A stretch of DNA of 64,000 bases, taken from NCBI GenBank assembly GCA_030264375.1, contig JASCQW010000177.1:5952202-6016201 (forward strand), read 5' to 3'. Position 1 is the first letter of the stretch. Each line of letters opens with the position of its first letter. The DNA comes from Carcharhinus longimanus (taxonomy: Eukaryota). Of this stretch, positions 52,691 through 64,000 are shown in pieces. The notes beneath the pieces were generated by a model. It made no database searches. It was not told where the DNA came from and saw only the letters and a program-made list of their open reading frames with translations. The position numbers were made by a program, and so were the translations under genes.

Positions 52691-54619
52691 TCCTCCACAG
52701 CCAAGTCAGTAGATGCACTACTCAGTACCAAAGCTATGCAGGCCTGCAAGTTGTATCTGGACATGTGTTCCTAAGTCTGCATTTTTGAGACAAGATGAGT
52801 GAAAATGGGGATGCAAAGGTTTTATATTTTGTGGTCTCACTAAAATTTGCCACATGACCCAATATAAAGCTGTTGTATACACTGCCCAGAAGACATCCAT
52901 CTACCCTGCCCAACTCACATTTCAGACAACTCATGTCACTTTATATTGCATTTAATCAACAAGTCATCTTTATTATTTTTCAGAAAACACAATTTGGCAA
53001 TACATTTTTGCAGCACATTGCAATTAACAGTTAAAGCTTTAAATTCAGAGATTGTTACGCTTAAAACAGATTATGCATTTGTGAAGTTATTTGCCATAAG
53101 ATAGTTTTACAGCAGATAATGCTGCAAACGCATCACTTATTTAAATATAGTCATAACAATTTTACAAGTGTTGCAATATCAAATTATTTACCCAAGTATA
53201 TTTACCAAAATTTCAGTAAAAATGCAAAATAGATTGTTCAAATCTGTGCAGTGCTGCACTGACATAAAAACAGCATTGAATTGCTTTTCATAAGTGGTAT
53301 TACGAGAACGTACAAAAGCTAGTCTGGCCTGTCCAAGGATGAGTTCGTAAATAATCTCAAGGTAGCTCAGCAATTAGATCTTGTGGTTTTAAAGTGACAC
53401 ACCTACACCAGAATTGCAGAATACTAGAATTTACTGCAAAGTATGAATCAGCATTCCTCCAAAACAAATGAGGGCAGCTCCAAAATATCATCTTAGTAGA
53501 ATTTGACAACGTATATCTACTGTTAGAAAGTTATGAGGGGACAACAATCCAGACTTCCCATTACTGCAGCACTGGTTTCACCAGTCCACTGGCCAGTGTA
53601 TCCCTCAAAGGCCATTTTATATTGCTGCAGTTCACACTCTCAATATTGTATTCCCTGTCACTGCGGTCTCCATCGGCTGGACACAGTTTCTATTCCTGTG
53701 TTGAATCTCTGATTGAGTGAGTAAAGAGGCAGAGTCAGAGGCTCTGGATTCAAGTTCCACTCTAGAACTTGGGATGGCCACAGAAGCTGCATTTATATTG
53801 TGGCCAAACAGGTTATCAGCCTACAATTCCTTCCAATATACCTGATGCTGGGCAGTAAAGGCGAGAAAGTCTCCTGGTCAGTCGGAATCTACAGAAGGTA
53901 ACATTAAAACACTGCAGTATCTTGCCAAACGTAAACACAGACCAGTGTGTGTTGCTGCTGATGCTCTTGGGGCACAGTAGCTGAGGAGAGAATCTCTGCT
54001 TTAGGTCACCAGAACCACGATCATGTAAGCTCAAATCTTTTAACTAGCTGCCATGCTGTACTCAGCAACAATATTATAACAGCTTTAAATAATACATCAG
54101 TGCAACATATCTAGTGCAGCAAAAATACTGGAACACCATGCTGATGAAAAAGAAAAAAATTTAAAAAGGGGTTAAAAAAATAAGGTGACTAAATATGCTT
54201 ACAACCAGTTTGGAAAAGTTATGCAAAGGCATAGTGGACAAGCTGAGCCTTGTGAAAACCGTGTGGCTGCAAGACACTGGAACAAAATTGAAGTGAACTC
54301 CAACAAACACATACATGAAGAATGATCCTGAAGTAAATACCAGGAGGTTTGAAAAATACAGAAAATAAGGTATTTGTAGAAGTGGTTTAAACATCCCAAG
54401 TCATTTTGCAGAAGCATAATCAAACAAATAATGAGACAGCCAAAGGAGGGTACATCTGATGGCCAGAGTTTTGGAATAGTGGCTGCTTTTAAGCAGGTTT
54501 TTTTAAAAAAGGAGAGAAAACGTGGGTCACATGATGCAAGTGTCAGAATAGTCCTGATTCTGCATGCTCTGGCACTGCTCATTTTAAAATCGTTTACCCT
54601 GATGCACAGCTCATAATCA

Positions 54620-57600
54620 CATTATCTTAAGAGTGTACACTCAGTGCTGTGTCCTTGGAACATTTTTGGGGGAGTATTAACGAAAGAATACAGAGTGTTG
54701 TCAAGAAAGTTTGTGGTTAAGGAGCAGTCAGAGATACCCAGGCAGAGCTGAGCCCTCAACATGGTGACCTGGCGCTCTCAAAAGCATTCAGGAGGTGACT
54801 GCAAACAAAGCTATAGATGACAAACTCTGTTTTGATACAGAACATTGAACCTCAGTCGGATGAACTGAAGAACACTGGTCAGGGGCTCAGTGAGGCGGAA
54901 GATAGATGAGGTGCAAGATTAAATTCTCAATGCTGAAAATGCGGCTTCTTTCTTTGGAGGTTCGACTGCAATCCTTAGAGAATCAGCTGCCTCATATGTC
55001 AGATATCCAGATTTAGGGAAAAAAAAGGGTCCTGAGAAGAATATCCCTCTGATTGGTTTTCCAGAGAACTGAAGGCAGGTTCCCAATTAAATTTTTTGAA
55101 GGCTGGCTGCAATGTTTTTTAAACTGCAACACAAAGGCAGGCTGGATCAAGCGTGAAGAGGTACAAGTTATTCCATCCGCGAAGCTCAAGTACAACCAAT
55201 GTTTACCACCTCTCATTGTATGTTTCTCATGCTTCAGGGTCCGCCAGAGTTTGAGATTGTTAGGCATGGTGGGACTTGGCTCAATGACAGGGTGAAGGTC
55301 TTGTTCTTCCAGGATTTCTCAGCAGCAGTACAGCAAAAACACAAAAGGTTTTCAATGCAGTCAGGAAGCATTTGAAGAATTTTGGAAGATTTTAGTATGC
55401 CCGGCACTATCCTGAGGGTGACCTTTGAAGGGTCTGTTAGGGCATTTGACGAGCCTGCAGAGACTTCAGCTTTTTCGAAACAGTGAAAAGCAATGATTGA
55501 GTCCTTATTAACCCTGTACAGTGCCACCTGTATTTTGTGTTGATCCTATACTGTGCCTTTTCACATTGATGGGGACAATTCTGTGACAGAGCCACGAGGT
55601 GAATGTCGCCAAATATCCTGTTTAGAGTCATATTCTGCAGCTGTTCGTTAATCCTTGAACATTGCTTCTCATTGCATTTTTTTTTAAATTGATCCTGCTA
55701 CATGATTTATCACATTTCTTGGGGCAATCCTACGAGTGAGCATGCTAGCAAATCTTCACTTCTAATGTGCTGATAAGTCCAAAGACATTCATTTATCCTC
55801 TCCCTCTTATTTCATCTCTTCATTGGTCTGTTATATGATTTACCACGTTGATAGGGGAAGTCCTGCGAGTGAGCATGCTAGCAAACAGGTGATTATCCTG
55901 ATACGGAGGCAAATTTCGCCAACTATTCTGCTTAGAGTCATATTAATCACTGAACGTATCCCCTCTAATTCCATCTCTTAATTGAGCCTGTTACGTGATT
56001 TATCAGGTCGGTAAGGGGCAATCTTGTGTGAATTTTCGCTTGTTTTCCTGATACGCCCAGAAATATTCATTTATCTTAATGGAATGCATTCTGCGACATA
56101 CTTCTTGTTCCTAAGAAATGTGTTTTGTAGGTTGTGCAGTATTAGAGCTGTGCAATTATCTATTTTCTCATCTTGTAATCCTGGTACATATAGAGGGGGA
56201 GCGGGAGAGGCTTCCGTCGGTGTGCACCCAAGTATGGCAGTTAAACACCTGTATTAATATCATATCTTTTGTGGCTCAGTTGCCATGGGGCTGGTGTATG
56301 TCGATAATGCACGTCTATGGTCCCCCGACTATCTTTATGATCCTCCATTTTACGGCCCCCAATTATTCCTTTACTGGTAATTTTAATTATCACCTGACTA
56401 CACTAATTGACAAACTCCGTTACAAGGAACCCTCCAACACATTAAGCTGAAGCACTGGGTTTAGCTTATTTGATTTGATTTATCATTGTCACATGTATTA
56501 ACAGTAAACAGTATTGTTTCTTGCGTGTCATACAAAGCATACTGTTCATAGAGAAGGAAAGGGGAGAGTGCAGAATGCAATGTAGCTAGGACATAGAGAA
56601 AGAGCAACTTAATGCAAGGTAAGTCCATTCAAAAGTCTGACAGCGGCAGGGAAGAAGCTGTTCTCGAGGCAGTTGCTACGTGACTTAAGACTTTTGTAGC
56701 TTTTTCCCCATGGGGTGCATGAGATCCTTGCTGGCTGGCTGCTTTTCTGAGGCAGTGGGAAGTGTAGACAGATTCAATGGATGGGAGGCTGGTTTTCTGG
56801 ATGCGGAGAACTTTGCATCCCAGAGATTAAAAATTCACTTTCAGCCAAAGATGACCCTTGAAGTATGAGATGAATTCATGATCAATCAGATGACTCCTGA
56901 ATTTAGGTAATATTGTGATCTCTGACTATGCTTGTCTCTTTTTAGAATTTCTTCTCAAAGAGATCCTACCTTCAGTCCAGGTCCTAGGAGATTTGATGTA
57001 TCTTTACTTAAAGATCACAAATTCATCTCATATTTCAAAACCAAATTTGATGCTTTTTATTCATTTGCTTTTTCTGATATGAACTCCTCTATTCTGTGGG
57101 AGGCCTGCAAGACCTTGGCTAGAGGTTTGGTCATCTATTTTCAGCCAGAAAGAGGCGTTAGTTAATAAGGGCCAAAGCAGCAGTTTGAATTCCACTTAGC
57201 TGAACTGGAGAGGGTGTACAGTAGGAATTCTTGTCATGTGAAGCTGAAGAAAATTAGTGTAGTTAGGGCATTTTTTAATCGACCCAGCGTGCAAAGGGGA
57301 GTTTGAGATTTGCCATGCAGAAGTTGCACGAATTTTGGAATAAACATTAGGTTTTTGGCTTTTCTTACTAGGAAGAAATAAAACTCAAGTGATGGGCTTT
57401 GAGGTTGTTTAGGTCTGAAAGCTTATAAGAGCTTTTATGCCAGTCTGTATTGGCATGACCTTCCAGTTAGATTGCTTGCATTTAATACTGGGTCTCCCAG
57501 ACAAAAGCATTAGTGTGAATGAGAAGAGGCTGTACAAAATCCTACCGTTTGCAGCATGGAGAAAAATCCTTTGCTCATGGATTAGTAATAACCCCCCTTC

Positions 57601-58037
57601 AATTCAGAATTGATATAAAATTTATTCTGGAATGTATATCAATGGAATTCTTGACTTCTTTATTTTGAACTAAATTGGATACATTCAGTAAAAGTAAGGC
57701 TCTCTATCTTAAAAATTCTCGGCTTGATATTGCCTAGTTTACTCCTACACGGTTTTCCATAAGCTTTGCGGTTGTTACTGTTATCCTGCAAGCTTGGTTG
57801 TGCGCTGCAGAGCCAATAATGGGTGTATCCTGATCCTTGGATACATATTCTTTTACTACTTGTATAGTGGGAAGCACAAGATACAAATAGGCTGAATCAA
57901 CTGGGTTGGTAACTCTTTTGTCTTTTCCCTCTTCCCACATGGACTTGTTTGAAAATGTTCTTGCAGTACTGTACCAGAGTTTGTTGCGTGACTTGTATAA
58001 AGTGAAAAATACATTTTTGAGGATTTTAAATAAAAAA
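54620..58037 (+). mobile_element. Decayed L1-clade LINE (ORF1, spacer, endonuclease, deleted RT, probable 3' end), antisense to brd4
   Basis: ORF1 remnants KNI.LIGFPE..EG..P.KFFEGWL and KVLFFQDFSAAVQQK; ORF2 remnants HVYGP, GNFN, RTLHP, ISD and SLLKD..F...ILWEACK..ARG; A-rich end near 58030. The 3' part is less certain. Confidence 0.8.
56462..56800 (-). mobile_element. Rex/Babar LINE 3' end nested in the L1 endonuclease region
   Basis: Nearly colinear with 59095-59435 (aagtccattcaaaagtctga...gggaagaagctgttct). Confidence 0.85.
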
Positions 58038-59094
58038 GGGAGGAGTGAGTATCCGAGAGTAACCAATGCACTTCACTAAATTTATTTCATTATGACAAAT
58101 GATGCAGCACACTAATGCACAAATATTTTAATTATATATTTGACGGAAGTTTTATATCAGTGGTTTTCTTGAAGAAAACGTCTTCCTTTCCAAACTCATG
58201 TTAAATAAATCTTTAGAGCAGAACCGTTTACCATTAATTACCATTACAACAAATTAAGAATTATCACAAGCCATTTGCATTTATTTGCTCTGACGATGCT
58301 AGCGAGACATGAATAATCAATTGCTCAAGTTGAGTGTTCCCAATACTTACACGTCCATGCTGTGTCTGTCAACATCTCTAATATCTTAGACTAGAAAGCT
58401 CATATATACACCTAGACTGCACACAACATTCACTCCAAGGTCTCAACACCACTATTTGCATTTCAAAAGATGTTTCTTCTCAGCGGCAGGAAAGCTTATT
58501 CTAAAATAACATCCTTGCACATTTCTATTCCACACCCATCCCCACCACAACCTTTCTGGCAACCATTCTAAGCTCCCCCTCTACATGGCTTGCACAAGCA
58601 TAAAATAATTCATCCGAGAAAGACGCATACACGCTTGCTTTGCACTGCTGCTCAGGCTCATGAGCTTGCCATGTGGTGAATCACAAGCCAAACTTTTAAC
58701 TCCATCAAGGTGATGCCGCAGATCCACCAGATCACAATCCATCTCAACAACCAGCAGTTGAGGGACTTTAGTAATGCATCTTTTTAATAGAATTTTAAAT
58801 TTCTATGGGGTCCTAAATTGGGTTATTATACTGGAACTAAGATTCTTGCCTTTGTATATCTTCAAGCTATTACTTTTGAATTGCAGCCGCTGTTATGTAG
58901 GAAAATACGGCAATCTATTTGTTACATCCCACGAATTGTGAAGTGTGACCAGTTAACATTTGATTACAGGAACCGCAGAAACTCTGGTCTTCGACTAGTA
59001 CAATGCAATCTTTTATATTTAACCATCTCAACTGAAGACAGCGTTTCCAATAATGCAACAATGCCTCAATGCTACAAGGGGAATCATGGGCTGA

Positions 59095-60405
59095 AGCTTT
59101 GGTTTATTATTTTCACAAATATGTAGTAAAAAGTATCTTTTCTTGAGCTATACAGACGAAGCATACTGTACAGAGAGGAAACGAGAGAATGCAGAATGTA
59201 GTGTCATAGCTAGGGTGTAGAGAAAGGTCAACTTAATGTGAGGTAAGTCCATTCAAAAGTCTGATGGCAGCAGGGAAGAAGCTGTTCTTGAATCAGTTGG
59301 TACATGACCTCAGATTTTTGTATCTTTTTCCCAATGGAAGGTGGTGGGAGAGAGAACGTCGGGGTTGCTTGATTATGTTGGCTGCTTTTGAGGCAGCAGG
59401 AAATATAGACAGTGTCAATGGATGGGAGGCTGGTTTGAATGATGGACTGGATTTCGTTCATGACCCTTTGTCGTTTATTGCAGTCTTGGACAGAGGAGGA
59501 GCCGTACCAAGTGTGATACAACTGGAAAGAATGCTTTCTATGAAGTTGGAGAGAGCTGTAGTTGTAGTCATGCTAAATTTCCTTTGTCTCCTGAGACAGT
59601 AGAGGCAGTGGTGGGCTTTCTTAACAATCGATTCTGTTTGCAGGGACCAGGACAGGTCGTTGTTGATCTGGACAATGAAAATCAAGCTCTCGACCATTTC
59701 TACTTTGTCCCCATTGATGTAGACAAGGGCATCCCTCCACTGTGCTTCATGAAGTCATTGACTATCTCCTTCGTTTTGTTAGGCATCGAGGGGAAGATTG
59801 TTGTCGTCGCACCAGATTCTCTTTTTCCTGGGTCTTGTCTTTGTTTGAGATCCAACCCAAAATGGTGGCATCATCGGTAACTTGAAAATCGAGTTGGGGG
59901 GAACTTGGCCATAAAGTCAACAGCGTATAAGGAGTATAGTAAAGGGCTAAGGACACAGCCTTGCAGGGCACTGGTATTGAGGATGATCGTGGAGGTGGTG
60001 TTGTTGCCTACTCTTACTGGTTGCAATCTGGGAGTTAGGAACTCTAGGATGCAGTTACAGAGGGAGGAGACAAGCCCCAGGCCACAAAGTTTGATGAGTC
60101 TCATAGGAATAATGGTGTTAAAGACTGAGCTGTAGTCTATGAATAGGAGTCAGACATGGGTATCTTTGTTATCTAGGTGTTCCCGAGTTGAGTACAGGGC
60201 CAGGGAGATGGCATCTGCTGTGGACCTGTTGTGGCAATAGGCAAACTGTAGTGAATCCAGGAAGTCTGAGAGGCAGTAACTGATTTGTGCCTTTCAAAGC
60301 ACTTCATAATGATGCATGTCAGAGCCACTGGACATTAAGATACCATGATAATGGTCATCATCTTGAAGCAGGTAGGGATCTCAGGTTGGTGTAAAAGAGA
60401 GGTTG
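59095..60405 (-). mobile_element. Rex1/Babar-type LINE 3' half
   Basis: Minus ORFs [67 protein letters not shown] and FIESILSSCIT. Confidence 0.88.
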
Positions 60406-60593
60406 AAGATGTATTCTTGGCTTTTGCTCTGTCAAGACAAACTGACACTTACAATAGGTTTAATTTTAATTGGAGCCATGGGGCTATTACAGTTAGCTTC
60501 AAATCACTGATCAAGGACTTCCAATATTTGCTGACCAGTTACTGCTGCAGAATGTGAATTTCACATGGAAGGAAAAGGTACCCCGTCCCCCAC

Positions 60594-60617
60594 CCCACAC
60601 ACACACACACACACACT
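60594..60617. repeat. (CA)n microsatellite
   Basis: Directly visible. Confidence 0.9.
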
Positions 60618-61231
60618 AATGTCCCTATTTGGTCAAATTGTCGATACCAAAGCGCACTCAAAATAGCTGGCTGGTGAGGTACTAGAATGTAGTCACAATT
60701 CCAACAAATCACTGACCAGAAACTGATCACCACAAGAAAATTCATCAGGGTTTCTTTAAAAAAAAACACCTCTCTAAATTGCATTCATCCTCTCTAGGCG
60801 AAGTCAATAACAGGGGAAACTTCAGCTGATGTCAATCTTGACCCTGTTGCACATTCATCGTGTCATGAAGCACCAAGCCTCTACTTGTCATCTTCTAACA
60901 ACAACAGAAAAATGTAGTGCAATTTCATGTTCTTCATCAGCCATTGGGAAAAGGCACTGGACACTAGGTACTTCCCTTGCAAGACTGAGTGCAAGAGATT
61001 ATGCATGAGGAAACAAGAATCAATGGCAGGACAGATCAAAGTGGCTTATTTTCATTTTGCAGAGGGAACTGCCTGTGAGCAGGGAACACGCATGGGTGAT
61101 GGAGAGAAGTGGAAAAGGGTGCAATAAATATTTATTTAAGTTTAAATTTGATAATTTCAGATTTTTCTGTAAACTTTCGCTGGTAAAAATAAAGCAAATG
61201 GGTAAATTCAAAAGGAAAGCAGGCAACTTAC

Positions 61232-61516
61232 AGGCAGGTTTAGCTTCACAGCATCCACAGGCTGTTGGAAAGGCCAAGCAAACTGATGTTTCCATATCGT
61301 CTTCAGGAGCACTTTTGACAGGAACTGCAACTGATTCGTCAGCCGTTTGGATCGGTTAGGGTTGGATGTTTCAGGAGGGGGTGGATTGCCGATTGCATTA
61401 CTTGGTTGTTGGGGCTGGGCTTGTGACTGTGTTGAAGACATTTGTGTGCTTTCTAGGCCATCCCCCATCGCTGGTAATTTTCTTAGTCTCTTCCCTGGAC
61501 CACTTTCACTCGACAT
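61232..61516 (-). CDS. brd4: BRD4 first coding exon (exon 2): N-terminus and start of BD1 ([21 protein letters not shown])
   Basis: ATG at 61516. Acceptor ctcattgcag| puts the exon start at 61550; donor CCT|gtaagt at 61231. 285 coding nt, phase 0; WPF shelf intact. Confidence 0.97.
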
Positions 61517-61530
61517 ACCATTGATCACAT
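61483..61530 (-). promoter_or_regulatory. Start-stop uORF (ATG TGA, 61530-61525) plus a 12-codon out-of-frame uORF (61521-61483) overlapping the brd4 start
   Basis: The minus strand reads ATG TGA TCA ATG GTA TGT CGA GTG AAA GTG GTC CAG GGA AGA GAC TAA; the main ATG is at 61516. Confidence 0.6.
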
Positions 61531-62282
61531 TGTAGACCTCACCTGGTAACCTGCAATGAGAAGAGAGTGGAATTAAAGATTTGACATTCCATGTCTATTA
61601 GATATCCAAGGCAAACTGTTAATGAATCTCCACGCATTTGGCCTAGATAGAGGTATTAATGAATTAGCCATCGAATACCAGGAACCTAGATGCATCGCCA
61701 GGCACTGTAGTTTCAGGAATTAAAAAAAGTCAATTGCTCAAAGTATGGCTTAAGTGCCAGCTCTCATGTTTACACCCAAAAAGATACCAGTCTTTCTTAA
61801 TTTTGGTGTTCTGCACACACTGCTTGTAACTGAACACAACCCCTGCCTCTCCAGGATTGCCCAGGTATTCCATCTAGTCAATTTGTGTCATCACTGGAAG
61901 TACCACACAGAACCTATCTGCCCTAATGAAACTGTTGCTTCATGAAACAAACAGCTTTTGGTAAAAAGGGAGTGGAGGCAATTTGCTTCTCTTGCCCCAA
62001 AGGAAAGTGGACACATTTTTCATTCATTCTCCACTGAACAATTAAAACAGCATCTATATACGCAAGCATGCGCACCCAGCCACCCACAGTAAAGGAGCAT
62101 TTAACTACGTTACAAGAACAATTTAACAGAATTACATATCACTGTCAATATTTAATGACAAAATGGAGCCACTAGTACAGAAGTCATGCTATCATATTGT
62201 TTATTAATCATTTGACAAGGCTGATAGTACAATGGTGTAATACAGTATTATGCATATTGTGTACGTCCTTGAAACAAAGACA

Positions 62283-62685
62283 AGTATTTATTTTGCACCT
62301 TCCACAATCATAGGATGTTCTAAAGCCAATGAAGTAATACTGAAGTCTATTTATTATTTTAATGTAGAAAATACAGCAGCCTAAGCTGCACACAGCAAAT
62401 TCCCACAAACAGGAGCACGATAACGATCAAATAATGCGTTTTTGCAGATATTGAATGAAGGACAAGTATTGGCCCAATGTGCAAGGGATAACTCCCTTAG
62501 TCTTCAGAGTATTGCAGATTTTTTTTAAGCATTCACACCAAAGGGACAGAGTGCTTCAATTTAATGTCTCATCTGAAAAATGGCACCATCAGTGCAGCAA
62601 ATCATGCTTTTTTGCTTCTGGGGTGGAACTTGAACCCACAATCGTCTGACTGGGAGGCAAATGCACTACCAACTGAGCCACAGCT
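62283..62685 (-). mobile_element. DeuSINE/SacSINE1-like SINE
   Basis: Reverse of the 41055 family: cttgaacccaca, tttaatgtctcatctgaaaaatggcacc, ttggcccaa...aactcccttagtcttc. Confidence 0.75.
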
Positions 62686-62945
62686 AATAATTAGGACAGC
62701 AATAGGATGTTTTTATACAATGGAATTCCATCCAGTTCTCCCTTGTTTGATATTAGAGTTAGCAAGCCCTTTCAAGAAATAACAACAGAATCACATACGT
62801 CTGAGAAGTATTGTCCATGGATAAGGAAACTTATTTTGCTATATTAGTGGGGAGAAGAGGGGAAAGGATCTGATGTCCATGCTCTCTCTTTAGGACAGGA
62901 ATAGCATGAAGACACTCATCCAAAGCAGGAACTGTGCAACTATAA

Positions 62946-63939
62946 CTGCCTATGAACAGCACTGTGAAAGATATAAGCTCTCAATCCATTTTAACAGTAC
63001 TAATACAAATTCCCAGAACAGAGCTCAGGAGAATTTGAAGGCAATAAAACGGTGATCCAATTAGAAGTAGCAGAGTAAAAAAGGATGGTTACTAAGCAAT
63101 GGGAATGAAATTGCATTCTCATGGGACTATACCTTAATAGCATCAATATGGTGGGGGGACTATACTGTAATATTATCAGTATGGTGTTTGGGGGGGGGGG
63201 GGGATAGACAAAAATACTGTAAAGCAGGTGGACTTGCGCAATTCCTGTTCCTCCCTTCCTGCAGTGTGAAGCAAGCTGTTGTTCAGGTCATAATGGATTT
63301 CAACTCGTGACTGGAGAATTGCAATTACACTAATGAATATGCATGGTGCAATTCTCCCATGACTATTAACTTTTAAAAAGAAATTCAAACTCCCAGTTAT
63401 TAATTGAAAGTAACTGCACCACAAAACTTCATGTTTTAAACCAAAAAAAAAGCACAAGAATTAAACAAGAACACAACATGCTTTGTAAACCCTTATAACT
63501 TGAAACCCAAAATCTCACCAGGCCGCTTCCTGCTCTGTTTCCAATTCCACCCAAGTGTTCCTCTAGTCATTACATGATTTTTAAGGATCCTCAGGATCTT
63601 CTCCTGGATCAAAGCCAAGTGCGCCACAGGAATTTAGTTTGACTCTTCAGTTTCCAAGTCTGCCACTTAAGACTCCCAGAACTTTGCGATGATTCTAGTG
63701 TCAATCGATTGCTTCTGCTAGCTTTACCAGGAAGATCTGATGATATTAATTCCTTGTGCATTTAGACTTTACATTCCAAGCATGGGCCCCTCTGCCTATG
63801 AAGAGAACAGTGAAAGATACAAGCTCTAACCCATTTTACCAGCCCTGAAACAAACATTCCCCTGGAAGAGAGCTCAGGAAAATTTGAAGGAAAAATAGGA
63901 TGGAGATCCAATTAAAAGTTGCAGAATAAAAAATGGTTT
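62946..63939. repeat. Diverged ~145-bp direct repeat pair (62946-63090 and 63792-63939)
   Basis: Shared blocks ctgcctatgaa, gtgaaagata.aagctct, agagctcagga.aatttgaagg and gatccaatta.aagt.gcaga.taaaaaa. Confidence 0.85.
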
Positions 63940-64000
63940 AGCCTGTGCTCTCAAATCTTTGATCTGGGAAATTACACAAATAATTTATGCCCTCATGAAG

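Noticed and set aside
55768-55792. ctgataagtccaaagac hammerhead-like string
   Set aside because: Both core strands deviate from consensus; most likely chance.

Overview
This is vertebrate nuclear DNA, AT-rich and repeat-rich, with several N-gaps. The repeat content (HE1/V-SINE-like SINEs, DeuSINE-like SINEs, CR1, Rex/Babar, RTE, L1, Penelope-type ends) points to a cartilaginous fish, probably a shark. The whole window lies inside one gene, the BET bromodomain gene brd4, on the minus strand. I traced ten coding exons with GT-AG boundaries and consistent phases, from the start ATG at 61516 to 11066. They total 2251 coding nt (about 750 aa) and encode BD1, motif A, BD2, NPS/motif B/BID and ET. 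Exon 1 lies beyond the right edge; the SEED and C-terminal exons lie beyond the left edge. The best-supported unusual feature is a 120-nt symmetric exon after the ET exon. It encodes the 'ELxxRLxDVSGQL' coiled-coil segment typical of BRD2/BRD3, which canonical human BRD4 lacks, here in an eroded form. Other points of interest: (1) several phase-compatible candidate alternative or poison exons, one with its donor inside a perfect hairpin and one bracketed by inverted SINEs; (2) a Gly/Val insertion before BD2; (3) two unusual BD1 substitutions; (4) a uORF pair at the start codon; (5) a ~350-bp palindromic element with hammerhead-like cores. Comparisons to human proteins and repeat families come from memory, not from searches. 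Repeat boundaries are approximate.
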